64,000 bases of DNA, from positions 891,224 through 955,223 of the forward strand of contig OZ244776.1 of NCBI GenBank assembly GCA_965219515.1, in the 5' to 3' direction. A model generated the notes under the pieces. It did not search any database, was not told the DNA's origin, and was given only the letters and a program-made list of their open reading frames with translations. Shown here one piece after another: positions 1 to 10,596 of the stretch. Every line of letters starts with the position of its first letter. Positions within the stretch are counted from its first letter, which is position 1. This stretch comes from Ilyomonas sp. Lineage in GTDB: Bacteria > Bacteroidota > Bacteroidia > Chitinophagales > Chitinophagaceae. The position numbers were made by a program, and so were the translations under genes.

Positions 1-782
1 GTGGCAATGGTATTAAAAATCTGCGCATTTACATTGCCTGCAATATGAAACGGAATGCTGACGGCCACATAAATAAGAAAAATAAATAACCCGTATAAAA
101 TACCGTTTCTGATGGCTATTTTTCGGTGGGGCGAACGTTTGGTAAAAAAAGAAACCGTTACGGGTATTAATGGAAAAACGCAAGGTGTTAACAGGGCAAT
201 CAATCCGCCGGCAAAGCCAAGAAAAAAAATGGTAAGCAAACTTTCGGAAGCTGTGTTTCGCTGACCGCAATCGGCCAAAGGCTTATTGATATCAAGGGAA
301 GATAATTTAATCGGAGAGATATTGGTTTCCGCTTTATCAGCACCTTCTACCGTTACCGTAAACGGCTGCTCAACAGCATAAAATTCAGTGCCTTTTGCCA
401 CGTTGATGCCTGCCGTTCCCTTTAGCTGAGGCGGTTTTGCACCCTGAATGATAAGCGGCTGATAAAACACAACATCCTTTGTGTATGCAGTTACGTTTTG
501 TTGCCAGATGGCATCATGCAATGTTGCAGGTTTGTTCTGATAAGCCACTTCGCCTGCCGGCTTTACGTTTTCATAATCAAACACAAAAGAAGCCGGCGAT
601 AAGCCGTCTATTAATTTGTTTACGCCATACGCATACCAATCATTTGGCAGCTTTGCCGTAGCCTGAATTGTATAAGCCGAATCATTAGTTTTTTGTAATT
701 GAAAAGACCAGTTTATATCGGGTTGACAGTAAGCTGAAAGAAAGAAAAAAAAAGAAAGAACCAAAAGAAAATTATACTTCAT
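1..782 (-). CDS. DsbD/CcdA-like thiol:disulfide interchange membrane protein (3' end runs off the window)
   Basis: Absent from the ORF track because no stop lies in the window. My hand translation from ATG at 780-782 stays open to position 1: MKYNFLLVLSFFFFLSAYCQPDINWSF...LLTIFFLGFAGGLIALLTPCVFPLIPVTVSFF. The LTPCVFP(L/M)IP helix is the DsbD/CcdA signature. Confidence 0.8.
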   Translation of the reverse strand, partial: MKYNFLLVLSFFFFLSAYCQPDINWSFQLQKTNDSAYTIQATAKLPNDWYAYGVNKLIDGLSPASFVFDYENVKPAGEVAYQNKPATLHDAIWQQNVTAYTKDVVFYQPLIIQGAKPPQLKGTAGINVAKGTEFYAVEQPFTVTVEGADKAETNISPIKLSSLDINKPLADCGQRNTASESLLTIFFLGFAGGLIALLTPCVFPLIPVTVSFFTKRSPHRKIAIRNGILYGLFIFLIYVAVSIPFHIAGNVNAQIFNTIA

Positions 783-792
783 TCCAAAATGC

Positions 793-1251
793 TTATTGAA
801 GTTTTACGTCAAAATTTTGCTTGGTTGGCGGCAGGCATTTTTCATCGTTACAAATCATGTATTCAATGGTTCCGCTCACATTGGTTGTAGCAGGTGTTTT
901 TAACTTTACAAGCTGCACAAAATCTACTTTGTCATTATAATATTTCACATCCAGATCAAACACCGGATCGTGAGTTACTTTTAGCGCGCCTGTTTCTTTT
1001 GCCTTGCCGTTTATCATTATAAGCGGGTTAGTTTTAAAAACAATCTTTGTAGGCACAGGCCCGCCTGTAGGCGTTGACTGAGAGTAAATATGCCACGTTT
1101 TTGGCAGCATTGCTGTTGCAACAACCTCGTAGGTTTTTGCATCCATTTTTTTAGTAGCAAAAGACCATTTTACCAAACTTTCCGATTGTGCCTGCGATGC
1201 TATTGAAACCATTACGAGCATAACGGCGAACAAACAATATTTTACTTTCAT
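793..1251 (-). CDS. secreted DsbD N-terminal (alpha) domain-like protein
   Basis: 152-aa ORF with signal peptide MKVKYCLFAVMLVMVSIASQAQ. Contains the C-terminal IEYMICNDEKCLPP motif (Cys-x5-Cys-x-PP) typical of the DsbD alpha domain. Lies 10 nt upstream of the DsbD-like membrane gene. Confidence 0.75.
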   Translation of the reverse strand: MKVKYCLFAVMLVMVSIASQAQSESLVKWSFATKKMDAKTYEVVATAMLPKTWHIYSQSTPTGGPVPTKIVFKTNPLIMINGKAKETGALKVTHDPVFDLDVKYYNDKVDFVQLVKLKTPATTNVSGTIEYMICNDEKCLPPTKQNFDVKLQ

Positions 1252-1260
1252 TTTATTACA

Positions 1261-1938
1261 TTAGTTTAAACCGAGAATTGAAAAAACTTTAATGCCGTCA
1301 GTATTACTAAGCAAAGAAGAGGTGGCTCTTTCGGGATGCGGCATCATGCCAAACACATTTCCCTCTTTGTTTTTTATACCTGCAATATTACGAATGGCGC
1401 CATTGGGATTGTATGCCAGATCAATATCATTTATATCACCAATGTCTCCTTTTTTGTTGCAGTAGCGAAACAAAATCTGTTCATTTTTTTCCAGTTCGTT
1501 TAATATGGCATCATCTGCATAATATCTGCCATCGCCATGCGCAACCGGAATTTTTAATGCTTCGCTTTGTTTGTTTTTGATAAACACGTTTTTGCATACA
1601 AACTGACGATGTCCGTTGCCCAATAACGCACCGGGAAGCAAACCCGCTTCGCATAAAATCTGAAACCCGTTACAAATGCCTAACACCTTTCCGCCTTTAT
1701 TGGCAAACTCAATTACACTTTGCATCATCGGGCTGAAACGCGCAATGGCGCCGCATCTCAGGTAATCGCCATACGAAAAGCCACCCGGCAACACAACACA
1801 ATCGTCATTAGAAAATGCACTAAGATCTTTATCTTTATGCCAGAGCATCACTACTTCTTTATTCAGGTCGTTCAGCAAAGCATCCTGCATATCACGGTCG
1901 CAGTTAGAGCCGGGAAAAACAACTACACCAAATTTCAT
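1261..1938 (-). CDS. purQ: phosphoribosylformylglycinamidine synthase subunit PurQ (glutaminase)
   Basis: MKFGVVVFPGSNCDRDM start and GICNGFQ nucleophile-Cys motif, with PHPE near the C-terminus. I prefer the ATG at 1936-1938 over the track start at 2004, which overlaps the upstream gene. Confidence 0.9.
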   Translation of the reverse strand: MKFGVVVFPGSNCDRDMQDALLNDLNKEVVMLWHKDKDLSAFSNDDCVVLPGGFSYGDYLRCGAIARFSPMMQSVIEFANKGGKVLGICNGFQILCEAGLLPGALLGNGHRQFVCKNVFIKNKQSEALKIPVAHGDGRYYADDAILNELEKNEQILFRYCNKKGDIGDINDIDLAYNPNGAIRNIAGIKNKEGNVFGMMPHPERATSSLLSNTDGIKVFSILGLN

Positions 1939-1988
1939 ATTGCGAAAATTGAATAGCAAAATTAAACGGCTGTGAGTTAAGAGCGCGT

Positions 1989-2969
1989 TTAAGTTTTCAA
2001 CCAATACCAGTTGTTAAAAACGACAACGATAATCAGCAGCCAAAAAAATATTACCTGTATCGTTTCATTTTTTGAATACACAAAAAAGTTGCTTGCCAGT
2101 GCCGCCGCTGGTATCATACTCAGCAAAAGAGCCGTAGTATATTCTCCCTGTAAAACAAATACGGGCGGTATGCTTAACAGGAAAAACCAAAACAGCAAGC
2201 TCCAGCAGCGGCGCGTTTGAATAATCATTCTGCCGGTATTCGTTTGCCAGGCAATGATGCCGGAAAGAATGAGAAGACTACCGGCAATACATGCAATAAG
2301 TAACGGAATCTGATTTTGGATGGAAAGAAAATGCAGGTTGAAGCGCGGCAAGAAGGTAAGAAACCGGCTGATATCATCGTTCAGAAATAAAACGGAAGCC
2401 AGCAAATAAGCCGGCGTTATTATACCGAGCGTTAAAATGATCCATTCATTAAAGCGAAAAGCGCGCAGCAAAGCAATGGCAAAAAAAGAAACCGGTATTA
2501 AAAACAAAGCCGGTGCATACAATAATGTAAGAAAGCCTGTAAGAAAACCGATATTATAAATCAGCGGTTTGCTTTGCGGTGAACTATACATTCTTGCCAT
2601 CAGCGAACACAGCCAGATGATAAAAAAATTGATGAGCAAAGCCGGTGTAATGTTATTCCAGAGCGGGTAAAGAGAGATGAGCAGGAGGTAACATAAAGCA
2701 GGTATAAAATAAGTGTTGGGAAACATGCGAAAATGATTGAGCACAATGCTGAGGCGCAACGCCTGTACAATAACAATCGCATGATACAGAAGAATAAGAA
2801 GCACAGGAGGCAAATTGGCCAGCGGCTTTATTATTGCCTGCACCCATCCATCTTCACTGCTTACCAGAACCTGAGGCGGCGAAATAATAAACTGGCTGTG
2901 AATGACAATGCTTAATGCAATTAACCAAAATACGCTAACGGCAGATTTTTCCCGAAAAATAGATACCAC
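1989..2969 (-). CDS. polytopic integral membrane protein, function unknown
   Basis: 326-aa ORF that is almost entirely hydrophobic helices, with no recognisable catalytic motif. Tightly packed between neighbouring minus-strand genes. Confidence 0.65.
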   Translation of the reverse strand: MVSIFREKSAVSVFWLIALSIVIHSQFIISPPQVLVSSEDGWVQAIIKPLANLPPVLLILLYHAIVIVQALRLSIVLNHFRMFPNTYFIPALCYLLLISLYPLWNNITPALLINFFIIWLCSLMARMYSSPQSKPLIYNIGFLTGFLTLLYAPALFLIPVSFFAIALLRAFRFNEWIILTLGIITPAYLLASVLFLNDDISRFLTFLPRFNLHFLSIQNQIPLLIACIAGSLLILSGIIAWQTNTGRMIIQTRRCWSLLFWFFLLSIPPVFVLQGEYTTALLLSMIPAAALASNFFVYSKNETIQVIFFWLLIIVVVFNNWYWLKT

Positions 2970-2975
2970 TGGCTT

Positions 2976-4508
2976 TTATTGAAAATCAACTTTTGCAAAG
3001 CAAATATAATTTCTGTAAGTACAGGGAATAATCATTTGTTTTGCTGCCACCTGTTTGCCGAGGCGTGGCATGAACTGATAGCCGCGATCTAAATTTTTTA
3101 AAGTAGGCGTGCGTTCTACCTTGCCGCCGGGCGTTATTTTCTGATCGGACAGCAGAATGTTTTTACGCTCGGTTTCGTTATACAAAAAATGAACTTCATT
3201 ACCCGTATTCATGGTTGTATAGCCAATGAAATCGTCGGTATTATCGTCGTACTGCGACTTGTTGATGATATTCGACCAGTCGAGACTCGCCGTAGAATCG
3301 AAAGACAGAATGGCGATATTATCGGCAAAATACCGGGTATTCTGATAGCCGAAACCGCTGCGATACCACGGATAATATCCGTATAATCCATACGAGTTAA
3401 GCGGACTGTAATAATAAGGTGAGTTTAAAGAACCATAACTGTAATTGTTCAGATAATCCCAGCGGTTATATTGGTTGCCGCGTGAGGATGAATAAACCGA
3501 TTCTGCCGCTATCACGTATCCGCCGTCTTTGCGCATCACAATGTTTTGCAGAAAAAAATCATTAAAAGCATATTTGGGGTTGCCCTGATTTTTTGCTTCT
3601 GTTCTCAAATCGTCATTAAACGTTGTATAAGTGGCAGAAACAATGCTGTCGGCGCCTTTGCTAAACAAAGAGGCAAACAAACCATCTACATTCCCACGCT
3701 TGCTTTTGCTGTAAAAAGAAGCCAGGAGATAGTTTTTATTTGCGTTGTCAACCTTTAACCGAATATCATCCAGATAAGCATGTTCAGACAAAACATTGTG
3801 CAGTTCCGGGTGCGATTCGCCACTTTTTTTTGTGATTAAGGTTATATCAGAAATATTGTCTTTCCGTGCATTGCCGGCAGCCCGCAGAAAAGCCAGATCG
3901 CCATCATTATCCAGATCAAATTCAGTAAGAAAATTATTGCGGTCCGGCATGTCAATATTTATGACAGATTTACTAACCAGATTCAAATCGTTGTTTAACA
4001 ATATAGTTGTTACCTGATTGTATGTTTGCTCTTTCGTATTAATTTTTACAAAAGCGATTTTCTGTTTGTCTTCACTGTAAACAAGCGAATAAACTTTGTT
4101 GTTCATGAACACATTAATGATGGTTGTATCTAATTCCTGCGGTTCGCCAATTATTTTACCATCAGAATCCATTTTCGCAGCCATGCAGTACACAATATTT
4201 CTTCTTTGATACTGATAAAAAAGATAAAAAAAATTACGGTATGCCAGCAAATCGGTATTGATTACTCTGTTCGGCAGAAAATCTAATTTTTCGTTATCTG
4301 TTTGTTTCATGGCGTCATCATATACCGAAACACTGTAACTGTTGTGATTATTTTTAAAAATAAGATAGTGATTTTCCAGTTTGCCTATGATCTCAAAATC
4401 CAGGTTTCGCACATCATTTCTATCCGGTTCTGAATAGGCAATGGTTTGGCTTTTGGATGAAAAAATAAACAGGCAAAAGGCAAGAATCGAAACAAGTTTA
4501 TGATACAT
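2976..4508 (-). CDS. secreted hypothetical protein with Tyr/Asn/Ser/Gly-rich segment
   Basis: 510-aa ORF with N-terminal signal peptide MYHKLVSILAFCLFIFSSKSQ. No family recognised. Confidence 0.65.
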   Translation of the reverse strand: MYHKLVSILAFCLFIFSSKSQTIAYSEPDRNDVRNLDFEIIGKLENHYLIFKNNHNSYSVSVYDDAMKQTDNEKLDFLPNRVINTDLLAYRNFFYLFYQYQRRNIVYCMAAKMDSDGKIIGEPQELDTTIINVFMNNKVYSLVYSEDKQKIAFVKINTKEQTYNQVTTILLNNDLNLVSKSVINIDMPDRNNFLTEFDLDNDGDLAFLRAAGNARKDNISDITLITKKSGESHPELHNVLSEHAYLDDIRLKVDNANKNYLLASFYSKSKRGNVDGLFASLFSKGADSIVSATYTTFNDDLRTEAKNQGNPKYAFNDFFLQNIVMRKDGGYVIAAESVYSSSRGNQYNRWDYLNNYSYGSLNSPYYYSPLNSYGLYGYYPWYRSGFGYQNTRYFADNIAILSFDSTASLDWSNIINKSQYDDNTDDFIGYTTMNTGNEVHFLYNETERKNILLSDQKITPGGKVERTPTLKNLDRGYQFMPRLGKQVAAKQMIIPCTYRNYICFAKVDFQ

Positions 4509-4634
4509 TTTGAGCGTAAAATTTGGCTAACAAAATTAGTTTATCAACGGCTTTTAAATTGCGGTGAATACAACCGATTTGTTAATCTTTCGGTTGCAAT
4601 CTCAAATTTGTGTTGGTGTTATTAATTAAAAAAA

Positions 4635-5129
4635 TCAGGCAGCCGACATGAATTGTTTTACAAATTGTTCTGATTCATCAGGCGAAATGATGATTTTTTT
4701 ATCGTTGTTCATTTCTATCAGCACTACTGCATTCTCACGATGCGTTGCATACCACGTCATACAGCCGATTTCTTTATTTAAAAACTGTCCGAAATAACCA
4801 AACATGCCGCCAACGCCAAACGTTCTGACGGCGCCTTTAAGCTTTTGCGAACTTATGACTTCAATGTGCCTGATGTCGCTTTGCAATAAAGTTATATCCG
4901 AAACCGGACGATGAACCACAATGCTTTTGTTTCTTATAAAATAAGACTTGGGACTGTATAAATATGTAATGAGGTAAATAAGAAACAGCAATAAAATAAT
5001 AACTAAGGAAGACCAGCTTCTGTGATTGATAAAAAGAAAAACCTGTACGATAACCAGAACAGACAGCAGTACGGTAATGCAAACGGTAACAATTCGGGCG
5101 CTTTTATCAAGCGAGGCGTTATACTTCAT
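4635..5129 (-). CDS. membrane-anchored bacterial PH-domain-like protein
   Basis: Two N-terminal TM helices followed by a ~100-aa soluble domain (IVVHRPVSDITLLQSDIRHIE...VLIEMNNDKKIIISPDESEQF), resembling bPH/DUF304-type proteins. Start chosen at the internal ATG 5127-5129; the track ORF extends to 5180. Confidence 0.55.
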   Translation of the reverse strand: MKYNASLDKSARIVTVCITVLLSVLVIVQVFLFINHRSWSSLVIILLLFLIYLITYLYSPKSYFIRNKSIVVHRPVSDITLLQSDIRHIEVISSQKLKGAVRTFGVGGMFGYFGQFLNKEIGCMTWYATHRENAVVLIEMNNDKKIIISPDESEQFVKQFMSAA

Positions 5130-5228
5130 GAGATAGCTTACTTTGCTTCGCATAAAGATAATTGATTTGTGTGGTAACAAAAACCAATAAAATTACAGAT
5201 TGCCGGTTCAGCCCGCCGCCGGCACGTC

Positions 5229-6017
5229 CTATGCAACAGCAGAATTACTGCTGCTCATGGCATCGTGTTTCATACGTTCAGCCACTTCTTTTCCCAGATA
5301 AGCATCAATCTTATTTTCTGCAAAATAAATAAGCGGCGTAAGCAGAATAGCAACCAGAGATTTGTAAGAATAATTGAGAATGCCTACTGCTATTACTTGT
5401 GCCCATGTCCATGTGCTGCCAAATTTAAAGGCGATAATCAGCACGATAAAACTGTCAATAAGTTGGGAAACCAATGTAGAGCCGGTTGCGCGCAGCCAGA
5501 TGTACTTGTGCCCGGTAATTTTTTTGATGCGGTGAAAAACCGTAACATCAATAATCTGGCTCACGAGAAATGCCGTAAGACTGCCTGCAATAATCCATAA
5601 ACCCTGACCAAAAATTACATCGTAAGCCGTTTGCATATTGCTGATGCCGCTATCTGATTTGGAGGGAATCCAGAAGTCTGCGGCCGGCAAATGAATGCTC
5701 AGATAAAACATCAAAAATGCATACCCGATTAATGCAACGGCCGTATAGGAAATGCGCCTGACGGCGCGAATGCCATAGTATTCATTTACAACATCAGTAA
5801 TGATGAATTCAAGCGGCCACAGCAGCACGCCGCAGGTAAGATTGAACGACAATCCGCTTTGCCCGAACAAGGTGAGGTTTGCCGGTGCAGCGCCGAATAA
5901 TTTTTCAAGAGAAAAAATTTTTGCGCCTACACATTCTGCGATGAGTGCATTGGAAACAAAAAAAGCGGTGATGGCTACAAACAGTTTTGCCTGTTTATCT
6001 TTATAAATACTGAGCAT
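5229..6017 (-). CDS. yhhQ: queuosine-precursor transporter, YhhQ/VUT family
   Basis: 262-aa polytopic protein with the family-typical segments WPLEFIITDVVNEYYG and GSTLVSQLIDSFIV. Confidence 0.8.
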   Translation of the reverse strand: MLSIYKDKQAKLFVAITAFFVSNALIAECVGAKIFSLEKLFGAAPANLTLFGQSGLSFNLTCGVLLWPLEFIITDVVNEYYGIRAVRRISYTAVALIGYAFLMFYLSIHLPAADFWIPSKSDSGISNMQTAYDVIFGQGLWIIAGSLTAFLVSQIIDVTVFHRIKKITGHKYIWLRATGSTLVSQLIDSFIVLIIAFKFGSTWTWAQVIAVGILNYSYKSLVAILLTPLIYFAENKIDAYLGKEVAERMKHDAMSSSNSAVA

Positions 6018-6303
6018 TTCCTAAAATAAAAAAATGAGCAATCTGCAGTGAAAAGATTACAAAATTGAAGGCACGCAGCCAAAGCATCACAGGCGATGGT
6101 TTGCGCATGGCTGCCAGAATTATTTCTGCCATATTTACCATGCTATTAATAAGAAAAGACAATATAAAGCCTAAAATAATGATAACACCTTTAAGCATTT
6201 CGCCGGGAATAAAATTTTTGGTTACCGAAATAATAAGGCAAAGCAGAAAGGCGATATTGCAGATAAAAGCGGCTTTTGCCATAACAACCAACCAGCGCAT
6301 CAA
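6001..6303 (-). CDS. small 3-TM membrane protein, unknown function
   Basis: 100-aa hydrophobic ORF. Its 3' end overlaps the start of the YhhQ-like gene by 17 nt, suggesting co-transcription. Confidence 0.45.
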   Translation of the reverse strand: MMRWLVVMAKAAFICNIAFLLCLIISVTKNFIPGEMLKGVIIILGFILSFLINSMVNMAEIILAAMRKPSPVMLWLRAFNFVIFSLQIAHFFILGNAQYL

Positions 6304-6410
6304 ATTATATTATAAGTAAAAATTCAAAAATAGAATGTAAAAAACGAAATGCAGTAATCATAATATTGAATGATGGTAAACAATACATACAGAAATGCAG
6401 CCGCTGCTTT

Positions 6411-6418
6411 TAATTTTG
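6411..6418 (+). promoter_or_regulatory. candidate Bacteroidota -7 promoter box (TAATTTTG)
   Basis: Exact match to the TAnnTTTG consensus, 32 nt upstream of the antiporter start. No well-spaced -33 TTG was seen, and the motif is frequent in AT-rich DNA. Confidence 0.3.
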
Positions 6419-6449
6419 TTTATGAAAAACCGATTTTTATGCTGAATTT

Positions 6450-8060
6450 ATGGTTATGATGGAATCAAATCTGCTTATTGTATTGTCTTTGCTGCTGGCG
6501 GTTTCTCTGTTATCCATGATAAGCAATAAGGTAGGTATCGCTTATCCCATTTTTCTTGTGGTAGCCGGTTTAATAATCGGGTTGGTGCCGGATATTCCCA
6601 ATATAACGCTTGATCCGGATATCGTATTTGTCATCTTTTTGCCACCGCTTTTATATTCTGCCGCGCTCAATACCTCGTGGCGCGATTTCCGGGCAAATGT
6701 GCGCCCGATCGGGCTGCTTGCCATTGGCCTTGTTATTTTTACATCCTGCGTTATAGCAGTCATCGCTCATGCCATGATTCCCGATTTTTCGCTGTCGCTT
6801 GGCTTTTTGCTTGGCGGCATTATTTCCCCGCCGGATGCAGTTGCCGCCACCAGTGTCATCAGCAAATTAAAAGTGCCTAAGCGTGTTGTTACCATTTTAG
6901 AAGGTGAAAGTCTGGTAAACGATGCGTCGAGCCTGATTGTATTTCGCTTCGCGCTCATTGCCATTCTTACGGGTCAGTTTGTTTTGTGGAAGGCAAGCCT
7001 TGCTTTTATGGTAGTAGCCGGCGTAGGAATTTTCATCGGGCTTGCCATTGCGGCCATCATCTATCTCATTCACCGTTTTTTGCCAACCGATTCGGTCATA
7101 GATACCGCTATATCGCTCATTTCTCCCTATATCATTTATCTCACCGCAGAGCATTTTGAATGTTCCGGCGTACTGGCTGTGGTGAGCGGCGGTTTGTTTT
7201 TAAGCAATTATTCGCATCATTATCTCAATTATGAATCTCGGCTACAGTTGCAAAGCGTTTGGAATACTGCCATCTTTTTGCTGAACGGAACGGTATTTAT
7301 TTTAATCGGAATGCAAATACCATTTATCATTCAGGGCATGGAAAGCTATTCCACTTCCCAAGCGCTTGGTTATGCATTTGTTATAAGCATAGCATCTGTA
7401 TTAATCAGACTTTTGTGGGTGTATCCGGTAACTTACCTGCCAAGAATCCTGAACCGGAAAATCAGAAAGAAAGAACGACGCCCCGATTCAAAATCTGTAT
7501 TTATTATAGCCTGGAGCGGTATGCGTGGCGTGGTATCGTTAGCCTCGGCACTTACCATACCCCTGGCATTGTCTAATCAGGAAATTTTTCCGCACCGCAA
7601 TCTTATATTGTTTATCACTTTCTCTGTTATTCTGTTTACGCTTGTCGGGCAGGGAATTACACTTCCTTATCTCATCAGAATATTAAAGATAGATTCGGAT
7701 GATGGTGAAATACAACACAGATTTACAACGCTGAATATAGATCTGGCGCAGGTTGTTATTACTCATCTTGATACCAATTATATCCGTGAATTGCAGACAA
7801 ATGATACGCATAAGCGACTTCGCGAGCGTTATGAGCGACTGAAAGATGAAGCGGAAAGAAACATAGTAAGCGGCGAAAAAAATGCGGTAACCAAGCACAA
7901 CATCCGGCGAATGCGCGTTTTAATGCTTGAGATGATAAAAATTCAGCGTAAGCAGTTAGAAGATTTTCGGTTGGCTGATAAATATTCCGATGAATTGCTG
8001 CGGAGTAAGGAAAATGAATTAGACCTTGAAGAAGCGCGAATCAGAAAAATAAATGCCTGA
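6450..8060 (+). CDS. Na+/H+ antiporter, CPA1 (NhaP-type) family
   Basis: 536 aa with ~11 TM helices, plus a soluble charged C-terminal tail. Contains typical CPA1 segments: GESLVNDASSLIVF and AWSGMRGVVSLA. Confidence 0.9.
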   Translation: MVMMESNLLIVLSLLLAVSLLSMISNKVGIAYPIFLVVAGLIIGLVPDIPNITLDPDIVFVIFLPPLLYSAALNTSWRDFRANVRPIGLLAIGLVIFTSCVIAVIAHAMIPDFSLSLGFLLGGIISPPDAVAATSVISKLKVPKRVVTILEGESLVNDASSLIVFRFALIAILTGQFVLWKASLAFMVVAGVGIFIGLAIAAIIYLIHRFLPTDSVIDTAISLISPYIIYLTAEHFECSGVLAVVSGGLFLSNYSHHYLNYESRLQLQSVWNTAIFLLNGTVFILIGMQIPFIIQGMESYSTSQALGYAFVISIASVLIRLLWVYPVTYLPRILNRKIRKKERRPDSKSVFIIAWSGMRGVVSLASALTIPLALSNQEIFPHRNLILFITFSVILFTLVGQGITLPYLIRILKIDSDDGEIQHRFTTLNIDLAQVVITHLDTNYIRELQTNDTHKRLRERYERLKDEAERNIVSGEKNAVTKHNIRRMRVLMLEMIKIQRKQLEDFRLADKYSDELLRSKENELDLEEARIRKINA

Positions 8061-8230
8061 TGAAACTCTCATGTTTATAAACTATACTTTTACTATTATT
8101 AATGGGCAGATTGTGATTGGAAGTTGAAGATTTTAAGTTATGAAATTGAGTTGAATTTTTTTTTAAATGTAATGATTCTGCTTTCGCTTTACTGTCATGC
8201 TATCAAATATGTCAGGTATTCCAATCAACA

Positions 8231-8274
8231 AAAAAGAGAGCCGGTAAAACAATTTTTACCGGCTCTCTTTTTTT
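8231..8274. terminator. bidirectional rho-independent terminator between antiporter and aconitase
   Basis: Perfect 15-bp stem AGAGAGCCGGTAAAA (8235-8249) / TTTTACCGGCTCTCT (8254-8268) with a 4-nt loop. Flanked by an A-run on the left and a T-run on the right. Confidence 0.7.
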
Positions 8275-8281
8275 AAAAAAT

Positions 8282-10555
8282 TTATTTTTTTGAATTAAAT
8301 TTTTGGCGGATAATATTTAAGGCAGCACCCGCTTTAAACCATTCAATCTGCTGTTCATTGTACGTATGATTTACTTCAAAGTTATCTTCCGTGCCATCGT
8401 TGTGATGAAGAACGATAGTCAACGGTTCGCCGGGAACAAAATGCGTTAAACCGTTAATATCAATCACATCGTTTTCACATATTTTGTCATAATCATCTTT
8501 GTTGGCAAATGTAAGCCCCAACATTCCTTGTTTTTTAAGATTGGTTTCATGAATACGTGCGAAAGATTTTACCAAAATGGCCCGAACGCCCAAATGTCTT
8601 GGCTCCATGGCTGCATGTTCTCTTGACGATCCTTCACCATAGTTTTCATCGCCAACCACAATTGTTCCAACACCGGCAGCTTTATAAGCTCTTTGCGTGG
8701 TTGGAACGCCACCCCATTCACCGGTAAGCTGGTTTCTTACCGTATCGGTTTTTTCATTAAAAAAATTTAATGCTCCGATCAACAGGTTATTGGAAATATT
8801 ATCTAAATGTCCGCGATAATTAAGCCATGGACCTGCCATTGAAATATGATCGGTCGTGCATTTTCCTTTTGCCTTAATCAGCAGGCGCAAACCTTTTAAA
8901 TCCGTTCCTTCCCACGCCGGAAACACTTCCAAAAGCTGCAACCGGTCGCTGTCGGGCGAAACTTTTACTTCAATGTCTTTCCCGTTTGCTGCGGGCGACT
9001 CATAGCCGGGATCGTCCACTTCAAAGCCATGTGGCGGCAACTCGTAACCCTGTGGTTCATCGAGCATCACATCTTCGCCTTTTATATTTTTAAGTGTGTC
9101 TTTTAGCGGGTTAAATGTCAGGTTGCCGGCAATAGCGAATGCAGTTACTATTTCGGGAGAAGCAACAAACGCATGTGTATTGGAATTGCCGTCGTTGCGC
9201 TTGGCAAAATTGCGGTTGAACGAAGTGATGATGGAGTTTTTCCGGCTCGGGTCTTCCATGTGCCGCGCCCATTGCCCAATGCAGGGACCGCAGGCATTAG
9301 CCAGCACCACGCCGCCGATTTCATCAAAGGTTTCCAGCAGTCCGTCGCGTTCTATGGTGTATCTTACCTGTTCCGAACCGGGTGTAATGGTAAACTCGGC
9401 CTGAGCCTGCAAGTGTTTGTCGGCCGCCTGTCTTGCCAGAGAGGCGGAGCGTGTAATATCTTCATAAGACGAATTGGTACAGGATCCTATTAGAGCCACT
9501 TCTAATTTTTCAGGCCAATTGTGTTCTTTAACCGCCTCGGCAAATTTGCTTATTGGCCAGGCAAGATCCGGCGTAAACGGTCCGTTTACATGCGGCTCTA
9601 ATTCATCTAAATTAATTTCTATTACCTGATCATAATATGTATCCGGATTCAGATATACATCATCGTCCGGGCGCAGATGCTCTTTAATGCCATCCGCTAA
9701 TCCGGCAATATCGGCGCGGGATGTATTTTGTAAATAGGCGGCCATCTTTTCGTCATAAGCAAACAAGGAACACGTTGCACCAATTTCGGCGCCCATATTA
9801 CAAATGGTTCCTTTGCCGGTTGCGCTCAGACTATCGGCACCTTCGCCAAAATATTCAACAATAGCACCGGTTCCGCCTTTAACGGTAAGAATACCGGCTA
9901 CTTTTAATATTACATCTTTGGCACTTGTCCAGCCGCTTAATTTACCGGTTAGTTTAATGCCGATGAGCTTCGGCCATTTCAGTTCCCACGCAAGACCGGC
10001 CATTACATCGCAGGCATCGGCGCCGCCAACGCCAATGGCTATCATACCCAATCCGCCCGCGTTTGGCGTATGGCTGTCGGTTCCTATCATCATACCGCCG
10101 GGAAATGCATAATTTTCTAATACTACCTGATGAATAATGCCCGCACCCGCCTTCCAGAAACCGATGCCATATTTATTAGAAACGGAAGAAAGAAAATCAT
10201 ATACTTCTTTGTTCTTAGACAAGGCGATATCCAGATCTTCTCTTGCACCAACCTTTGCCTGTATCAGGTGATCGCAGTGAACGGTAGAAGGTACGGCAAC
10301 GGTGGGTCTTCCAGCCTGCATAAACTGAAGCAATGCCATTTGAGCGGTTGCATCCTGCATGGCAACACGGTCGGGCGAAAAATCTACGTAGTTTTTACCC
10401 CGGTCAAAAGTCTGCAATGTTTGTTCAGAATGAAGATGAGAATAGAGAATTTTTTCGGCAAGCGTAAGTGGTCGTCCAACGGTATTGCGGGCGGCTTCAA
10501 TTTTACCAGGCAATCCGTTATAAACCTTTTTTATCATTTCAATGTCAAAAGCCAT
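8282..10555 (-). CDS. acnA: aconitate hydratase (~757 aa form)
   Basis: Contains the Fe-S ligand motifs [20 protein letters not shown] and [10 protein letters not shown]. Length is typical of the monomeric aconitase found in Bacteroidota. Confidence 0.95.
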   Translation of the reverse strand: MAFDIEMIKKVYNGLPGKIEAARNTVGRPLTLAEKILYSHLHSEQTLQTFDRGKNYVDFSPDRVAMQDATAQMALLQFMQAGRPTVAVPSTVHCDHLIQAKVGAREDLDIALSKNKEVYDFLSSVSNKYGIGFWKAGAGIIHQVVLENYAFPGGMMIGTDSHTPNAGGLGMIAIGVGGADACDVMAGLAWELKWPKLIGIKLTGKLSGWTSAKDVILKVAGILTVKGGTGAIVEYFGEGADSLSATGKGTICNMGAEIGATCSLFAYDEKMAAYLQNTSRADIAGLADGIKEHLRPDDDVYLNPDTYYDQVIEINLDELEPHVNGPFTPDLAWPISKFAEAVKEHNWPEKLEVALIGSCTNSSYEDITRSASLARQAADKHLQAQAEFTITPGSEQVRYTIERDGLLETFDEIGGVVLANACGPCIGQWARHMEDPSRKNSIITSFNRNFAKRNDGNSNTHAFVASPEIVTAFAIAGNLTFNPLKDTLKNIKGEDVMLDEPQGYELPPHGFEVDDPGYESPAANGKDIEVKVSPDSDRLQLLEVFPAWEGTDLKGLRLLIKAKGKCTTDHISMAGPWLNYRGHLDNISNNLLIGALNFFNEKTDTVRNQLTGEWGGVPTTQRAYKAAGVGTIVVGDENYGEGSSREHAAMEPRHLGVRAILVKSFARIHETNLKKQGMLGLTFANKDDYDKICENDVIDINGLTHFVPGEPLTIVLHHNDGTEDNFEVNHTYNEQQIEWFKAGAALNIIRQKFNSKK

Positions 10556-10596
10556 GTTGATGATTTTTTAATAATAATTTTGTTTTTGAGGCGTTG

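Noticed and set aside
13-270. 85-aa minus-strand ORF from the track.
   Set aside because: It is out of frame with, and fully inside, the DsbD-like reading frame, which is open from 782 to 1 and carries the LTPCVFPLIP signature. Its own sequence is Arg/Phe/Cys-rich and looks like noise.
6304-6449. Looked for a preQ1-type riboswitch upstream of the small membrane gene / YhhQ transporter pair.
   Set aside because: I could not find the short hairpin plus A-rich tail (..CCCUC..AAAAAACUA..) on the minus strand. Only a trivial GCAGC/GCTGC mini-palindrome is present.
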